The notes beneath the pieces are model-generated. The model saw only the letters and a list, made by a program, of their open reading frames with translations, was not told the origin of the DNA and did no database searches. 64,000 nucleotides of DNA from Styela clava (Eukaryota). Positions 1-13,400 of this stretch are shown here, in pieces. A program made the translations under genes and the position numbers. The DNA lies in the NCBI RefSeq assembly GCF_964204865.1, contig NC_135257.1:9982001-10046000 (forward strand). Reading direction: 5' to 3'. Positions within the stretch are counted from its first letter, which is position 1. Every line of letters begins with the position of its first letter.

Positions 1-718
1 TTTTTTGTAAATAAAGAAGTATTGTTCTAATTACGGCATTGTTTTAATAGTACCGAACAACAGTATTGGGCTCTAACAAGTGGTTTTCCCCAAATAATGA
101 TGATTGAACACTTCATATAATGTTTGCTTTACTCATCTCAGAAGAAATTTTTATAATCGGCAATGAAGTAAATCAAATTGTTTTGAGCTTAAATATTCTT
201 TTATTTGAAATTTGCATCCTCAGTTTTTTTTGTCTTTTGTCATGACTTTCAAAACAATGCGTTTTCATTGGTTTGTTTCATAGTTATTTTAATTATATAA
301 AAATTTAGACATGAACTTCTGGAATTTTTTGAGTTTGATATGCTCGAATGTGGTCACCAAATTCAGCTGAACAATTCTGTAGGGTTCAATGGAGGCTGAA
401 AAAGTCGTGCTGGACCTCAACCATCAATATACTGATTATATGTAAAGCTATCGAATTATTTTGGTTCTAAAGTTTGATCAAACATGACCAGAATAATATT
501 AAAAAATGATTGTGAATATCATGCTCGATGAATTTGTAGTTATATCAATTATTTTGGTTACTTCCTAAATAAGACTGTCATCATGGTGGTAAATTGATTA
601 ACCCTGATCTTACCTCCTATGAGTTTCTCCAATTTAGCTCTGTGCGGTAATTTGAGTAAGTAATTAGTAATTACCGGTAAGTAATTAGTATTATTTGTAA
701 TGTTAAAAATACATTTAG

Positions 719-2679
719 ATGAATCAGTTGGACATCAGTTCTCCACCACCTCCAAATTCTCACCAACAGAGAAGTGCTCCAGGATCTCAAATGTTGTTTA
801 GTAAACTCACAAAAGAAAAAGAAATGATTATGAAAATGAGGCAACAGCAAATGCTCAAACAAGTAAGCTATGGATTTAGTTGGATATTTGAATAATAATT
901 TTTTGGATTGACTAAATGACTTATGCTGATATTTTCAAAGTGTCTTATACTGTGGAACAAAAAGTTATAAAAGTTTTGTGGCATAAATAAAAGTATTCTA
1001 TTTTCATTAAAAAGTGATATGTCTGAGCTTAGTGGCTTTTAAATCACCTTGAATTACTTTTTTATGATTCCACAATGTAATGCCTGTATTTATCGAGAGT
1101 TAAGATGCTTATTAAATTTCATTACTAATTTTCATTTTCAAACTAACTCTGTAAAATTTGAAAAACAAAATTCAAACTTAATAGATAAATTGTAATATTA
1201 ATATAAAATGGTTTTTCCCAAACTTTGACCCCTAGCCATATTGCTCACTCATTAACAAAATATTACCAAATTATTTATTGTAAGACAACTAATTATAAGC
1301 AAACTTAGCTCTTGGGTTGAATTTAAAAAATGCAGTCCAAATAAGCAATTAAAATAGACTTTTCAGATACATGATAATTTGATAAACCAATGTCCTATGT
1401 CCTGCCTGAAGCCACATCAGGTTGTGTGTGACTTTTGGTGCCTTGAAAAAAATATTTGCTAGTAGATTCCACTGTTGAGTGGAAGATATTAACGTATGAT
1501 GTATTTCCAATTATTAACAAGAAAGCACCTGAATAATGTTATTTCATATGTTATAGTGTTAGAAGAAACATAAGTGTTGCCCAATAAGATCTTGTGTAGT
1601 GCACATTAGGTCAGTGACACAGTGTTGATTGAAGTGAGCTTAATAAATTTTTTGTCACTGGCAAAATTAATTGGATTGTTATCACATACAATTTCATTTC
1701 AATATCTAATAACAATCTTATTTCAAGCATTCGCAATACTCCTTTATTCACAACAAACTGAGATGTGCCTGACGATGGTAGATAAATATTTATTTACAAT
1801 TACAATATTGTAAATTTGTAATACTATCATGTCAATTTTAGACCGGTATGGATCCTTTCTTGGGTAGTAATTCATCATGTCATGAGCGAGAACCAAGTCG
1901 AGAGAGTGGTGTGAGTGGAATGGGAAGTAATTTCAATCTTCCTAGGACTCCGAATGAATATTTGGGAAGTGTTGAAGAAGAAATGGATACAGGTGAAGAA
2001 AATCTTTCCCTGATTTTTTCACCGGTTTATCAGTTTACATGTGGATGCGATAGAAAATTTGTACAATTTTATTATTGAGGCTTCTCTCTTACTATTAAAA
2101 GATGTTGGTGCTTTTGCATTAATATATATCTAGAATATCTGTATCAATCTATATATCTGTAGAATGGGACTTTGGGCACAAACTGATATTCATAACTGAC
2201 ATACTTTATTGGAAGTTTATCCATTAGGACAGATAAGGTCATAAGAGGTGGTTCCAAAATAGACTGGAGTTAAATCAGTTGGTGCCTAAGAAACCTTCAA
2301 ACTGATGCAACAAATTTACCTTGCCTTGCTATATTAATGAACATAATTTTTAGATGGGGGCAATCATAATCAGCAAGACATAAATCAACAGCAAAGTTGT
2401 ATGGCAACTTCACAGCAGGGAAGACAACAGCATGTCCAACGTGGAAATGCACACCAACAACAACAAGCTCAACATTTTCCAGATTTCTTAGACAGTTTGC
2501 CAGCATCCAGTGTTGATTTCAGCAACGAAGGAAATCATCCTCAATCAAATGCCCTTGACAGTGATGAACTCGTTCCTAGCATCAGTGAAACACTGTCGCC
2601 AGACTTCATACATGATGTGGAGTCCATGCTCAATCCTGTCGTTAAAAGTGAGAACATGGACAGTATGACTTGGCTCTGA
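719..2679 (+). CDS. YAP1: Transcriptional coactivator YAP/Yorkie homolog, last three recognisable coding exons (5' part outside the window)
   Basis: GT-AG exons 719-862, 1842-1992 and 2354-2679 join in frame. They encode the coiled coil (KEKEMIMKMRQQQMLKQ), the HxRxxS LATS site plus degron (HEREPSRESGVS), PRTPNEYLGSVEEEMDTG (human PRTPDDFLNSVDEMDTG), FPDFLDSLP, DELVPS, DVES and the C-terminal PDZ-binding TWL*. Confidence 0.93.
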
Positions 2680-5248
2680 TACCAGCATACCATGTTTGTT
2701 TTGGCTTTTATGTGCCCTCATGTGCCTTGTTTTTATTGAAATATGTTGTTTTCTATTTTGCATTACATCAATTATCGGGATCTCTGGTTTTATGAAATAT
2801 TTTTTTCAATCGTTTTGTAACTAGCTTTCAATTGTTGATGTTTGTGACCGAATTGACTTTTTATTTTATTTTATATTATGTATTGTTTCATGTATTTTTT
2901 TGTTTTGTTTTCAGTTTCCAGCATATGTAAATATAGAGTAACCAAATTGAGGTGCTATGACAGTTGAAATAATAACGACTCAATCCGAAAATTCTCTCTA
3001 GCAATGAAATGATCAATGTATATTCCTATATGTTGAGATGCACGGTCTGTGGATGTGGAAATGTTTTGTGGTTATTCATAGTGTTAATAATATGATTTAT
3101 ATGAGTCTTAGTTTTCTGATACTATTTCAGACTCGCATACTGACTAAATTATCATTTAAATTGTTACTCTCGGGTTATTGTTTTATTCCTTAAAACCTCA
3201 TTATTATTTGGTAACGACATCAAACAATCAAGATATGTTTTGATTTTATTGACGAGACTCAAGTTTTGGTCATTTCACAGCACCGATGGTATTAGCGCAC
3301 AAAACTTTTAAATATAATATACCAGTTCATCTCTAATACAGAAGAGCCTGCATAGTATATAGCAGTGTTTTATTTTTTGTTTCTTGGAGACTTTGCTTTG
3401 AAAAATCCTCTAAATAAATGATAAAATATATTAATTTCTGGCTTAAGAGTGTTGTACATAATTTAATTTTGACCAAACAAACTCATTGTGAACATATTGT
3501 AATTTATATCGTTTTTCTGAAATGTTCTTCAGTCATCTGCAGACGACATAAATAAAAATGTTCTCTATGTGGAAAATGTACTTAACAACTTTCTCTGGTT
3601 GGTTTAAGTTTTATTAATCTGGTGGAATATGTGATGAAGATATTTTTGAGTAGAATGAACTAGATAGATAATGAAAATCGTTGACGATAGTTGTTGATGA
3701 ATGATTTAAATTATTGCTGTTTTGGATGACATGAGGTGTTGATTTACCCTGAGAGAAGTCTTTTAATTTTCTCTTTTCAAAATATTGATAGTTGATTAGC
3801 CTGGGTGAATAAATCAATTTCTGCTTGAGAGATAGGAGTTGTTTAATGGAATGAAAATTATGCGTTTTGTGTTTTGTTTTAAATATTTTCGATACTGAGA
3901 ATGTATGTGTATAAGCCATATATGGCTTTGAGATGATCAAATATATACTTGCCTATAATGTGACCTTTTTTTCCTCTGATAACACCTGATTCTTTGTAGC
4001 CTTCTTTACATGGACAAAGCATTTTAGCACCCTATGTTATTGGAGAGTATATACGCCTGTATATCGTTGAATACAAATGATGTTATGTTTTTGACACATT
4101 TTACTTGATATTTGACTCTTAAATTCATTTTTGTGAACAATTCTCCCTGTGTTCATTTCAGATTATTTACAGCTATATACGGAAGTTTAGTACAAAAATT
4201 TTCAACGTTAATTACAAAAAACGGTTCTGGTTTTATAAAACGTATTAAAAATCGTCATATAACATAAATACATATATATTATATATTCTATTATACATTG
4301 GTTTTATTTTTGCTTGCCAGCATGTGTTTTTATGAATGTATCATATTATATAATCTTCCATCCGAAACGTGCTGTTTAACATCTGTTTATTGCAACTTTA
4401 TAATGTGGTATGTTTTAGTTATAGGCAGACCAAAATTTTAACCATCCTAGCACATTTGTGATGAAAGTTATATCACTGGACACATACGGTACTAAAAAGT
4501 GTGGGCAACTTATAAATAAACAGCTACACCATGTTAGGACCAGTTTCTATATCAAATCATTGCATGAGGTCTGTGAACGATAGGATAAGAAATTGATTAC
4601 CGGTACCTTAAAAATGTGTTTTCATGCATTAATTTTATATCATTATTGTGGTTACCAGTGGTCAGACTGTAAATCGTAACCCATTCTGCTGCAAGAAATG
4701 TCAAATGCGGTTTGTAATATAATTTTATTGTATATGGTTGCCCTTTGCACTGAGGTCTAAAATCTTGTGTTGTCGGTACTATCACTATATAATATTCTTT
4801 TAGTATTTTACATATAGTGCTGGTACCAATGTGCCTTACCGTTTTGTTTTCTATTGTATTATTTTATTGTTTGCCTTTTTTACTTATTGGATGTGTGCCT
4901 TTTTAAATGTACAAGCAGCTCGAAAAGTATTGATGAGCGTGGTTTGTTTAGCGCATGTACACTTTTACTCTTGTGTTTTATATAATATCAGTGCTATTCA
5001 AACTGAATTTTTTAAGGTACATCTTGAATTGAATTACTTTTTTCCTTAAATGAAATGCATGAAACTATTTTCCATGGCTTTCTTTTGGTAAAGCAATGTG
5101 TATATATTCGTATTTTATTAACATTTTGAATAACTCAAAAATGGATTCTTTGTACAGGGTGGTCAAAGGCTAAAAAGTATTTTATTTCTAGAAAAGGATT
5201 CTTCAGTAACGAAAAAGGAAAAATTGATTAACTTCTGGTACTTATCAT

Positions 5249-5552
5249 TAGGGCATTTCGAATCGAATAGTAAATTATTTGAATCTGTTCAGACGAAAAT
5301 TTCGAATCGCCGCCATCTTGTTTTTTTACCTGCCAAAGGTCGGGGTGAATTCCCAAATTTTTTATTGAAGCCATATTTTCGCTATGCTATTCTGACATAC
5401 GACTCTTTTCCTAGTAGTGAATTATTGATCAACTTTTCTTGTGTGTGGATCTCAGCAAATTGTCGGAATGATGGATTCTATGTATTCAGTAATTTATGTA
5501 ATATTTCCCCAAGGTTCTGAAATCCTCAAATATTCGAAAATGCCTAGCCCTA
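5249..5552. mobile_element. Non-autonomous hAT-like MITE
   Basis: Ends TAGGGCATTTCGAAT...ATTCGAAAATGCCTAGCCCTA are imperfect inverted repeats. The 8-bp flanks CTTATCAT / CTAATCAT match at 7 of 8 positions. Confidence 0.6.
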
Positions 5553-5594
5553 CTAATCATATCGGGGTTCGAGGCCCCTGGGCTATTGTCTATC

Positions 5595-5724
5595 TTGCCT
5601 AATGGTATATCCGGCCCTGGTTTGAATCCCATGAGTGATGTGACAATGTGCAAAAGGAGTTTGCTGGACTCGTCGCAGGGTGGTTCACATAATGGCTGAT
5701 TGGTTGCGTCTTCTTCCTCCACCA
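5595..5724 (+). mobile_element. tRNA-derived SINE, degenerate 5'/central part
   Basis: A-box-like TTGCCTAATGGT and B-box-like GGTTTGAATCCC, followed by a non-tRNA body. No full cloverleaf. Confidence 0.5.
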
Positions 5725-6659
5725 ACCACGTTTGTGGAGAAGTACAGCTTGTGTATGCTCAAGTCAATATTCCTGTGGTTTCGAAGGGTTTATCGCGAAT
5801 AAGAAGCAATTGCCAAATTTTTTACATCTATTTTTCTTCAACTTATTCAACAACAAAAAATCAAATACTACAGCCATTTTAAACAAAACAGGCAAAAAAA
5901 AACTTGATTTGAAACATTTGTTTTAATACAATTCATTTCGAACAAATCCCTAGTCAAGATTCAAATGCAATCTTTTTCTTTACGTGACCAATTTATACTC
6001 CTTTTGCTGTCAACAAAGCTAGGAACAATCGTCCACTTCTAGGTAAAAGCTAATTTAATCTGAATGGTCCGGAATTTTCTCAGATCTGCATTGCCTGCCT
6101 AATTTATTATTCCAATATGGGCGAGCGGTCGGGCATGGGATTTGAAACCCACCTTATAGCCTGCGCTTTCGACGTTAAGTAAAGAAGAGCTTCAATCACT
6201 TCGCAGTCTAATGTTAAGGTGCAATTCGATGAACTCTGATAGTAAAAAACTAGGAAGTTACCCGTTGATATCCCAAAGTCCACGATAGGCAGTACTGATT
6301 GATTCAAATTTTACAAACATGAAATTAGTTGTGGTCAAATAGGAAAGGAATATCATTACATGGGTTTGTCTCTTTAGATTCTGAACTACTTTAAACTTCA
6401 AATAGGATAGAATATTTTACCTAGATATGGCAGTAAAATCACCATTAGACTTATCTCATATAATCCAGGTTTTCTACACGAGTTATGGATAATAAAGTGT
6501 CCTTATGTTTGTTGTTTATCAACACCTTGCCGTTTGATGTGCGTAACACTAGGGGCTAGGAGGGCATAACCACATCGCTTGATCTTAATCAAACAGCGAA
6601 TAATGCTAATCGTTCTTAACAGTCTATTTATTGTAGAAGGCATGTATACGAGAATTTTT

Positions 6660-6769
6660 GGAGCCGCCGAAGTATGTGCACCAAGATGGCGCACAATCTG
6701 AACATAGTATGTGTACCAGGTTAGGGTTCAGGTTGTACACCATCTTGGTGCACATACTTCTTGAGCGCC
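6660..6769. mobile_element. ~110-bp palindromic MITE-like repeat
   Basis: Perfect 21-bp inverted arms GAAGTATGTGCACCAAGATGG (6669-6689) / CCATCTTGGTGCACATACTTC (6740-6760). Related copies at 48020-48119, ~50400-50490 and ~50577-50665. Confidence 0.75.
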
Positions 6770-7448
6770 GAATTTTTTATCAAAATTATATTTTCTCCGA
6801 GAAGAAGTCGGGTCGAATTTTTTTACAAACCAGAGTCAAGTCAAAATTCTTCTTTAACCCGGAGTCTAAGGTAACTATTTTCCGACCGACTATACTTCCG
6901 ACTAATATGAAATCGATACTGATATTTTTGATTCGTCGTATTAGAATTCTTCTAACCTCGGGTATTTTGAACATATTATCTATTTTTTGCCATTTTTATT
7001 AGAATGAAAGTGAAATTTGACCCGTAAAAGCAGGTTGCGGCCGCGGCTCATTTCCGCCACAAATTCTATTGGATTGGCAGTATTTTTCGGGAAATTCAAA
7101 CGACGAGATCATGTCATTTGCCTTGATTAGGTTGTCTGGATCTCGTCCATACGTTTGGTGTAAATTTTTCCCTCTTTAGGAACATAACGTGAACACGTGG
7201 TAGTTAAGCACAGGAAACAGTGTCAGTGAAATTACGAAAATATGCAGTATATACCCGCACATTCAAAAAGATCTGTAGTGAGTGTCGATATTCGGAGATA
7301 GAACGTTCACTTTTATTTCTGTGAATTTTTATACAGTGATGAGAAGTGATCTAGATGTATAGGAATAAATTACTTCATACTTTCGATAAAAGTTTCATTT
7401 TGTTGTAGTAACCGTGGCAAATAGGTTGAAAAATAGTAACAGAGTCGT

Positions 7449-10400
7449 ATGATGAGCATCGGAAAATGTGTTTTGTTGACAATTTCAATTTTGACATTCT
7501 TTCAACTGAAAATAGCTATTTCAACGCCACCACAAGAAAACTACGATGAATGGGCCATAGAAGTTACAAAGGGGATCGAGAACAAAAAGGAAGTTGTAAA
7601 CACTATAGCGAAGAAACTAGGCCTTGAATTGGTTCGGTCGGTAAGTCATGATCTATAACGCATGTTCTAAACAACCTTTATAAATGGTAAATTTAAAGAT
7701 AATTTTAAATAGTCAGATCATAGTGGCACGTTACCTCTTTTCAAATGGGTAATTCAGGCGACAATTCGTGTCAATATACTCTCCTACCGGCCCCCTTTTT
7801 ACTCAACTGTGTATAAATTCAAGCAAAACATTTCTCACCGATCTAACATTGCTTGAATATTTTGTCTTAAAGTGCGTTTTGAATTTTCTAATATTCATAC
7901 AGCATATTATGTTTTTTAGTTAGTATATATGCTTCATAAAATAGCATGGACAACAAAATTTTAGGCGAAGAAATGAGCCACTTACAAAGTGGCTGAGGAA
8001 TATCTGCAGCTAGTCACATAAATTGTTAAATAATATATATTATCAATACAAACATTTATTTATGATTTCAATCAATTACAAACTATAATGCATATCATCT
8101 GATAATGTTAAAACAGATATCGGATGAGCACATGCCAGAGTTCTTTCATTTACGCGCGGAAAAAGACCTATTAAATCAGGATGCAGTAACTGAGCTTTTA
8201 TTCGATGAACCAGAGGTGAGAAACATTGAATAGTCATGAATCTGCCCAGACTATGTCAACAGTATTGGCAATCACGACAACTAGTGCTATTTATAGAAAC
8301 CTACTCACTCTTATGAACTATACTCAGCATGATCTTCACAAAATCCGTTCACAAAATTACAAAAAATAGCATAGAACTCAAATATTACTAAACTCAATTT
8401 GTGATATATATAGGGTTTATTGTTTGTGAGGATATGCTCGCAGCAAAATTACGCTCGGTCATTTAAGAGAAAAACGAACGAGCGACAACTGAAATGTCAT
8501 CATATATTTTAACAAGTGAAAATAATTTGAAATCAAATTTTCCGTATGCATAGGACGATATTCAGGAAAATATTTTAATATTTTACCTAAAGGCACTATA
8601 TATATATATATTTGTATCCATTTCAGATTGTGTATGCCGAATTTCAAGTTCAACATGAAGTAGAAACTAAAAAGATCGATGATTTGAAAGATTTTCTGAA
8701 CATGAAAAATAAAAAATCGTACTATCATTCCTCAAAATGTCAATGTCACAAAAACTCTCCCGACCAAGATCACGCGTACGTCCAATTTTCACTTGAATTT
8801 ATTCTTTATATAAAATCTTCTTTCTTTTTAATAAAACGTCCGCGGTTAATTAAACCTTTTCAGATGTAAAATATTAGATGTATTATTGAATGTAGTTATA
8901 TAGCGCGCAAATGGGCTATTCTGAATCCTGTGTGAAAAATTCGCCGCAGAAAATTTCGCCGCATAGAAGAATCGCCGTACGAAAAATCGCCGCAAGAGCA
9001 TTTTGCTGTGAAACAAGTATTTGTGACAGCATGAAAAATCGACAGAAGAACATTTTCCCGTAAAACAAATATTTGTGATAGCATGAAAAATCGACACAAG
9101 AGCATTTTGTTGTAAAACAAATATTTGTGATAGCATGAAAAATCGACACAAGGGCATTTTGTAGTAAAACAAGTATATATTTGTGAAAAAAAACAGTTAG
9201 GTTTAGGGTATGTTCTTCAATAACAAATCTTTTTTGAATAAAAAGGTACTTCAAAAATCTAACTGTTTTTTTATCACTTGTTCTACAGCAAAATGCGGCG
9301 ATTTTTCATGCAACGAGATTTCCTACGGCGAAATTTCCTGTGTCGAACCATCCTGAATATTTTTTTTGCATGTAAATTGTTTGTGCACCATTGTTTTAAT
9401 ATTAAAATATAGACTTATAGATATAGAGTATCAATCGTTTCAGATTATCACAACGGTTTATTATTTTCGTGTCATATTAATATCAACTCAAGTTTTTGAT
9501 ATCTTTCACAAAAAGGAGGTTTGATGGAGCAAACCTAAAAATAACGAAACGAATTTGACGCAGAATTTTCTTCACCAAACATTTATGGTATAATTTATGG
9601 TTTTCCAGCATACCAACAACGGTGTTTGAAACAATGAATAACAAAAATATAAACATGAGTATGCGGTACAGATTCAACGATTTTAGATGGCCTTGCCAAT
9701 GGCAACTCGTGAGTGATTTAAAATTTCTGAACTATGTGATATTTAGAACAATTTAAATATATATCAATGATCAATCAATAAGACTTTACTCACTATATTC
9801 ATCATATCAAACCTACATGGGATTATTTTCAACTTGACTTCAATCTGATTAAAAATCATATTAAAAATTGGAATCCCTTAATGAAAGAAACTGTTATAAT
9901 TCAAAAATTAATGTTGCCCCCTTCCATATTTACTTTCACATTCATGCAGACTACAGCATGTATCACAAGTTGGGTATTGATGAAACTAAACTGTCATAAA
10001 AAAATCACTTAATGCAACGATTTTTTTATTTGCAATGAATTTCCTGTACTTACGCATATTTGTTTTTTACATATTTGGAGCGATCATTTTCTTTTCGTTT
10101 AATTTAAAAATTTTCTCATGACAATTTACATATGTGATGTATGCGAGCATTCTATTTATTATACTTATATAGTACAACTGCGGTCAAACAGGAGGCCCGA
10201 ATGAATATGATTTGGATATTGCTGCGGTCTGGGATAAAGGAATCACGGGAAAGGGAATGGTTGTTGCGATTGTGGATGACGGAGTTGATTATAATAACAT
10301 TGACATTGCACCGAATTACGTAGGTATCTAATCTCCATACAAGAATTGCTAACTGAAATTAAATAGGAAAATCTAATCATGATAAATTCTTTGGAGTTTG

Positions 10401-13400
10401 CAATGTTATTCGCGACAATCGTTTTTTTTTTGAGGCAATTCAGAAATAATGCTAATACAGAATTATTTAAAAGATAGCAAAACGGAATTATACGTTTGAT
10501 ATCAGTTGAATGTATTCAGAAAAAATAGGCTATCAAATATATTAGTAAAATACGTACTTTTCAACAGTATGTGTATTTACTAATTCCAAGTCGATACCAG
10601 GTAAAACTAACCCCGCAAAAGATTCAGTTTATTCAAGTGTTCAGCAGTTTTTTTCTCTCATGTAAACAAGTTTATTTACATTCTAAATAATGAAGGGCAG
10701 TACAAAAATTGGATACACAACAGGGAGTATATTAATATAATATTGTTAAGTAATTATAAGCTGAAAATAGAACACATTGACACAATTAAATTATCAATCT
10801 TTATATAGGATAAAAATGCAAGTTTCGACTTCGTCGAATATCCAGACAGTGATGGACCGTTGCCGTATAGTGACAAACCGTAAGATATTTTGTTTTCCTA
10901 CTTAATTTTAATTTCCTTTACTAGCGTATTTTTAAAAAAACACCAAAAATTATTTCTCATAATTTTCCATCATTTACAGACATGGTACTTATTGCGCGGG
11001 AGTTGTTGGAATGGCAGCAAATAACGGCTATTGCGGTGTTGGTGTCGTACACGATGCCAAAATTGGCGGTAAGTTTATTTTAGAGCATGCTGTTCAAAAA
11101 GATGCTGAACAAAATAGAATTGCTGTTATATATAGAGAGATGTATATGTAAGGTATATTTGATGTTGCGTGCTAAAGAAAATTTTGATTTATGCAATTAT
11201 CTCACTCATGAAAGCACCGCATTTAGATAAATCTTCAATCAAGGGATAACTAATCAATAACTTCTTTTTCAAACATTTCCCGAAAACGTAACAGACTGAG
11301 GCACAAAAAATTCGTGAATATTGTTATGATTTTAATTAAATGTCAAAAATAAACTTTTTTTTATTTTTTAATTTGCAGGTCTTCGAATGATTGGGCACAA
11401 AAGCACTGATGTGAGAGAAGCAGCAGCCCTCATCTATAATGCAAATTATATCGACGTATCATCGTGAGTATTGCGGCTATTACTAAATATATAAATATAT
11501 ATGCTGTAAACATTATTACCATCACCCAACTATGAATATGGGGTGATAAATTGCGATTCAATGTACAGGTAACACCAAAAACATTTAGAATGTCCGATCC
11601 CAAATAGACCATCCAACCTTTGTTGTTGAGACTTTTTTATTGCAGTAATGGAGAGTGGGTCAGTTTTTCAGTTACTCTCGATTTTTTGTCACTTGCAAAA
11701 CACAAAATTTCGTATCTCAATGATGAAAATGCAATTCACCGAAGCCAGATTATGGGTCGCATAAACAACCGAGGTAGCTCACTTGAAATATGTTTCGGAC
11801 TTGTGCGTGTTATAAATTTAAAGGATGGAAATGATACAGGAAAATCATAATTAGTTCATTTTTGATAAATAAGAAAAATCAGTCCACGTAACCTACTAAT
11901 AGGAAGCTACTGCAAACATAAATGAAAACAACACAAAAAGTAAACCGACAAACAGAATGAAGAGATACCTGGGAGTCGAACATAACTTAGTATATATAAA
12001 GTTGAAAAACGTTTAAGTACGCACCCACCCTCCAAAATTATATTGCAAGCTCACAAAACAGTGAACCCGATTCAAAATCGGGCAGTACTTTTAAAGCAAT
12101 TCAAAATGAGAAAACACGTAATAATCAAATATAGGAACATCAGGAAATAATAACAAATGAACTATATCACAGTCATTTGACGCATATCAATTAGTTTCCG
12201 GAAAGTGATATGCAAAAAGCACTAGCGCAACAAATACAATAATAGCATTACAATTACAGTGTCAGTCATCGAAATAATGGAATTTGAAATTCAGCGAATA
12301 AGAGCGTTCATAACTTGAATAAACTCAATTGTAAACAAGAAAATCCAGGAAAAGTCATCTGCAATCGCTTTTAAGGCTCGTTTCTCAAAATAAGAACTGA
12401 GCAAATGTTGACGACGCAATCCGACGTTGTCATTTTAAATAAATCCGAAGTTGTCATTTTAAATAGTTTCGAAATTAACCATTCCAAATGCATCCGAAGT
12501 TACAGTACCAAATGGGTCCGAAGTTAACGTTCAACATGATCCGAAGTTACCATTCCAAATGTGCCCCAAGTTATCGTTCAAAATGATCCGCATCCCGCAT
12601 AGTGTATGTATAGTATACTATACTAGACAAAGTAGGCCGAATTGTTAACTAACCCATACCTAAACAAACAGCGAATATTGCGAAAGAATTTTCTAGAACA
12701 CAAACTAATGTCCATGAATAAATCGGTGAACAATTCTTACATATGCAGTTAATGGTTCTTCAACTTTAGATTAGATTTATGCTATGGCCGCTTCTATTTA
12801 TGTTTCAGGAATTCATGGGGCCCGTCGGACAATGGGCACTTGTTCCGCAAACCACCAAGGCTTACAGCTACATCTCTGCAGCGTGGAGCAGAACACGTAA
12901 AATATTTCGTTTATATAATGATACTGTGGTTGAAAAAACACTTCAAGTTTGGATTGAAATTCCATTTAAGTTGTGAATTGATACTTTGTGTGGATGTATT
13001 ATACTGGCAACAATCTTACAGTGTGATTCAATCAAATTCAGAAACTATGTCTCTGGATTTCCGTCTGATAAATATCAGATGCCGTAGTAAATGGTTTTGA
13101 ATAGTCTAAAACTTTTTGTGCAATATTTTTTTCAGGGGAGAAATGGAAAAGGAAATATTTATTTATTTGCTTCCGGCAACGGTGGATTAAGAAACGATCA
13201 TTGTGGGGCTGATGGCTTTTCTTGCAATATTTATACAATTTCTATCGGTAAGTTATGATTTATTGCTTGAACGAGACAAAATGACGCCCGCACCTGGCCA
13301 TTTTTTCATTATTAACGATCGGTCTATGAATCCATGCTGCGATGAATTGGTATCTAATACTCTCAGTATACATCATCAGAGAGATTTCTCCCTCTGATTT

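Noticed and set aside
2680-5150. ORFs downstream of the YAP stop codon
   Set aside because: AT-rich sequence with several AATAAA, probably a long 3' UTR. No coding signature.
8846-9254. Three overlapping repetitive ORFs, and a possible CRISPR-like array
   Set aside because: They are translations of a 52-bp intronic minisatellite. There are no unique spacers and no cas genes, and the context is eukaryotic.
12779-13100. Apparent frameshift suggested by two overlapping track ORFs
   Set aside because: Exon 12809-12896 reads NSWGPSDNGHLFRKPPRLTATSLQRGAEH in one frame with the correct phases.
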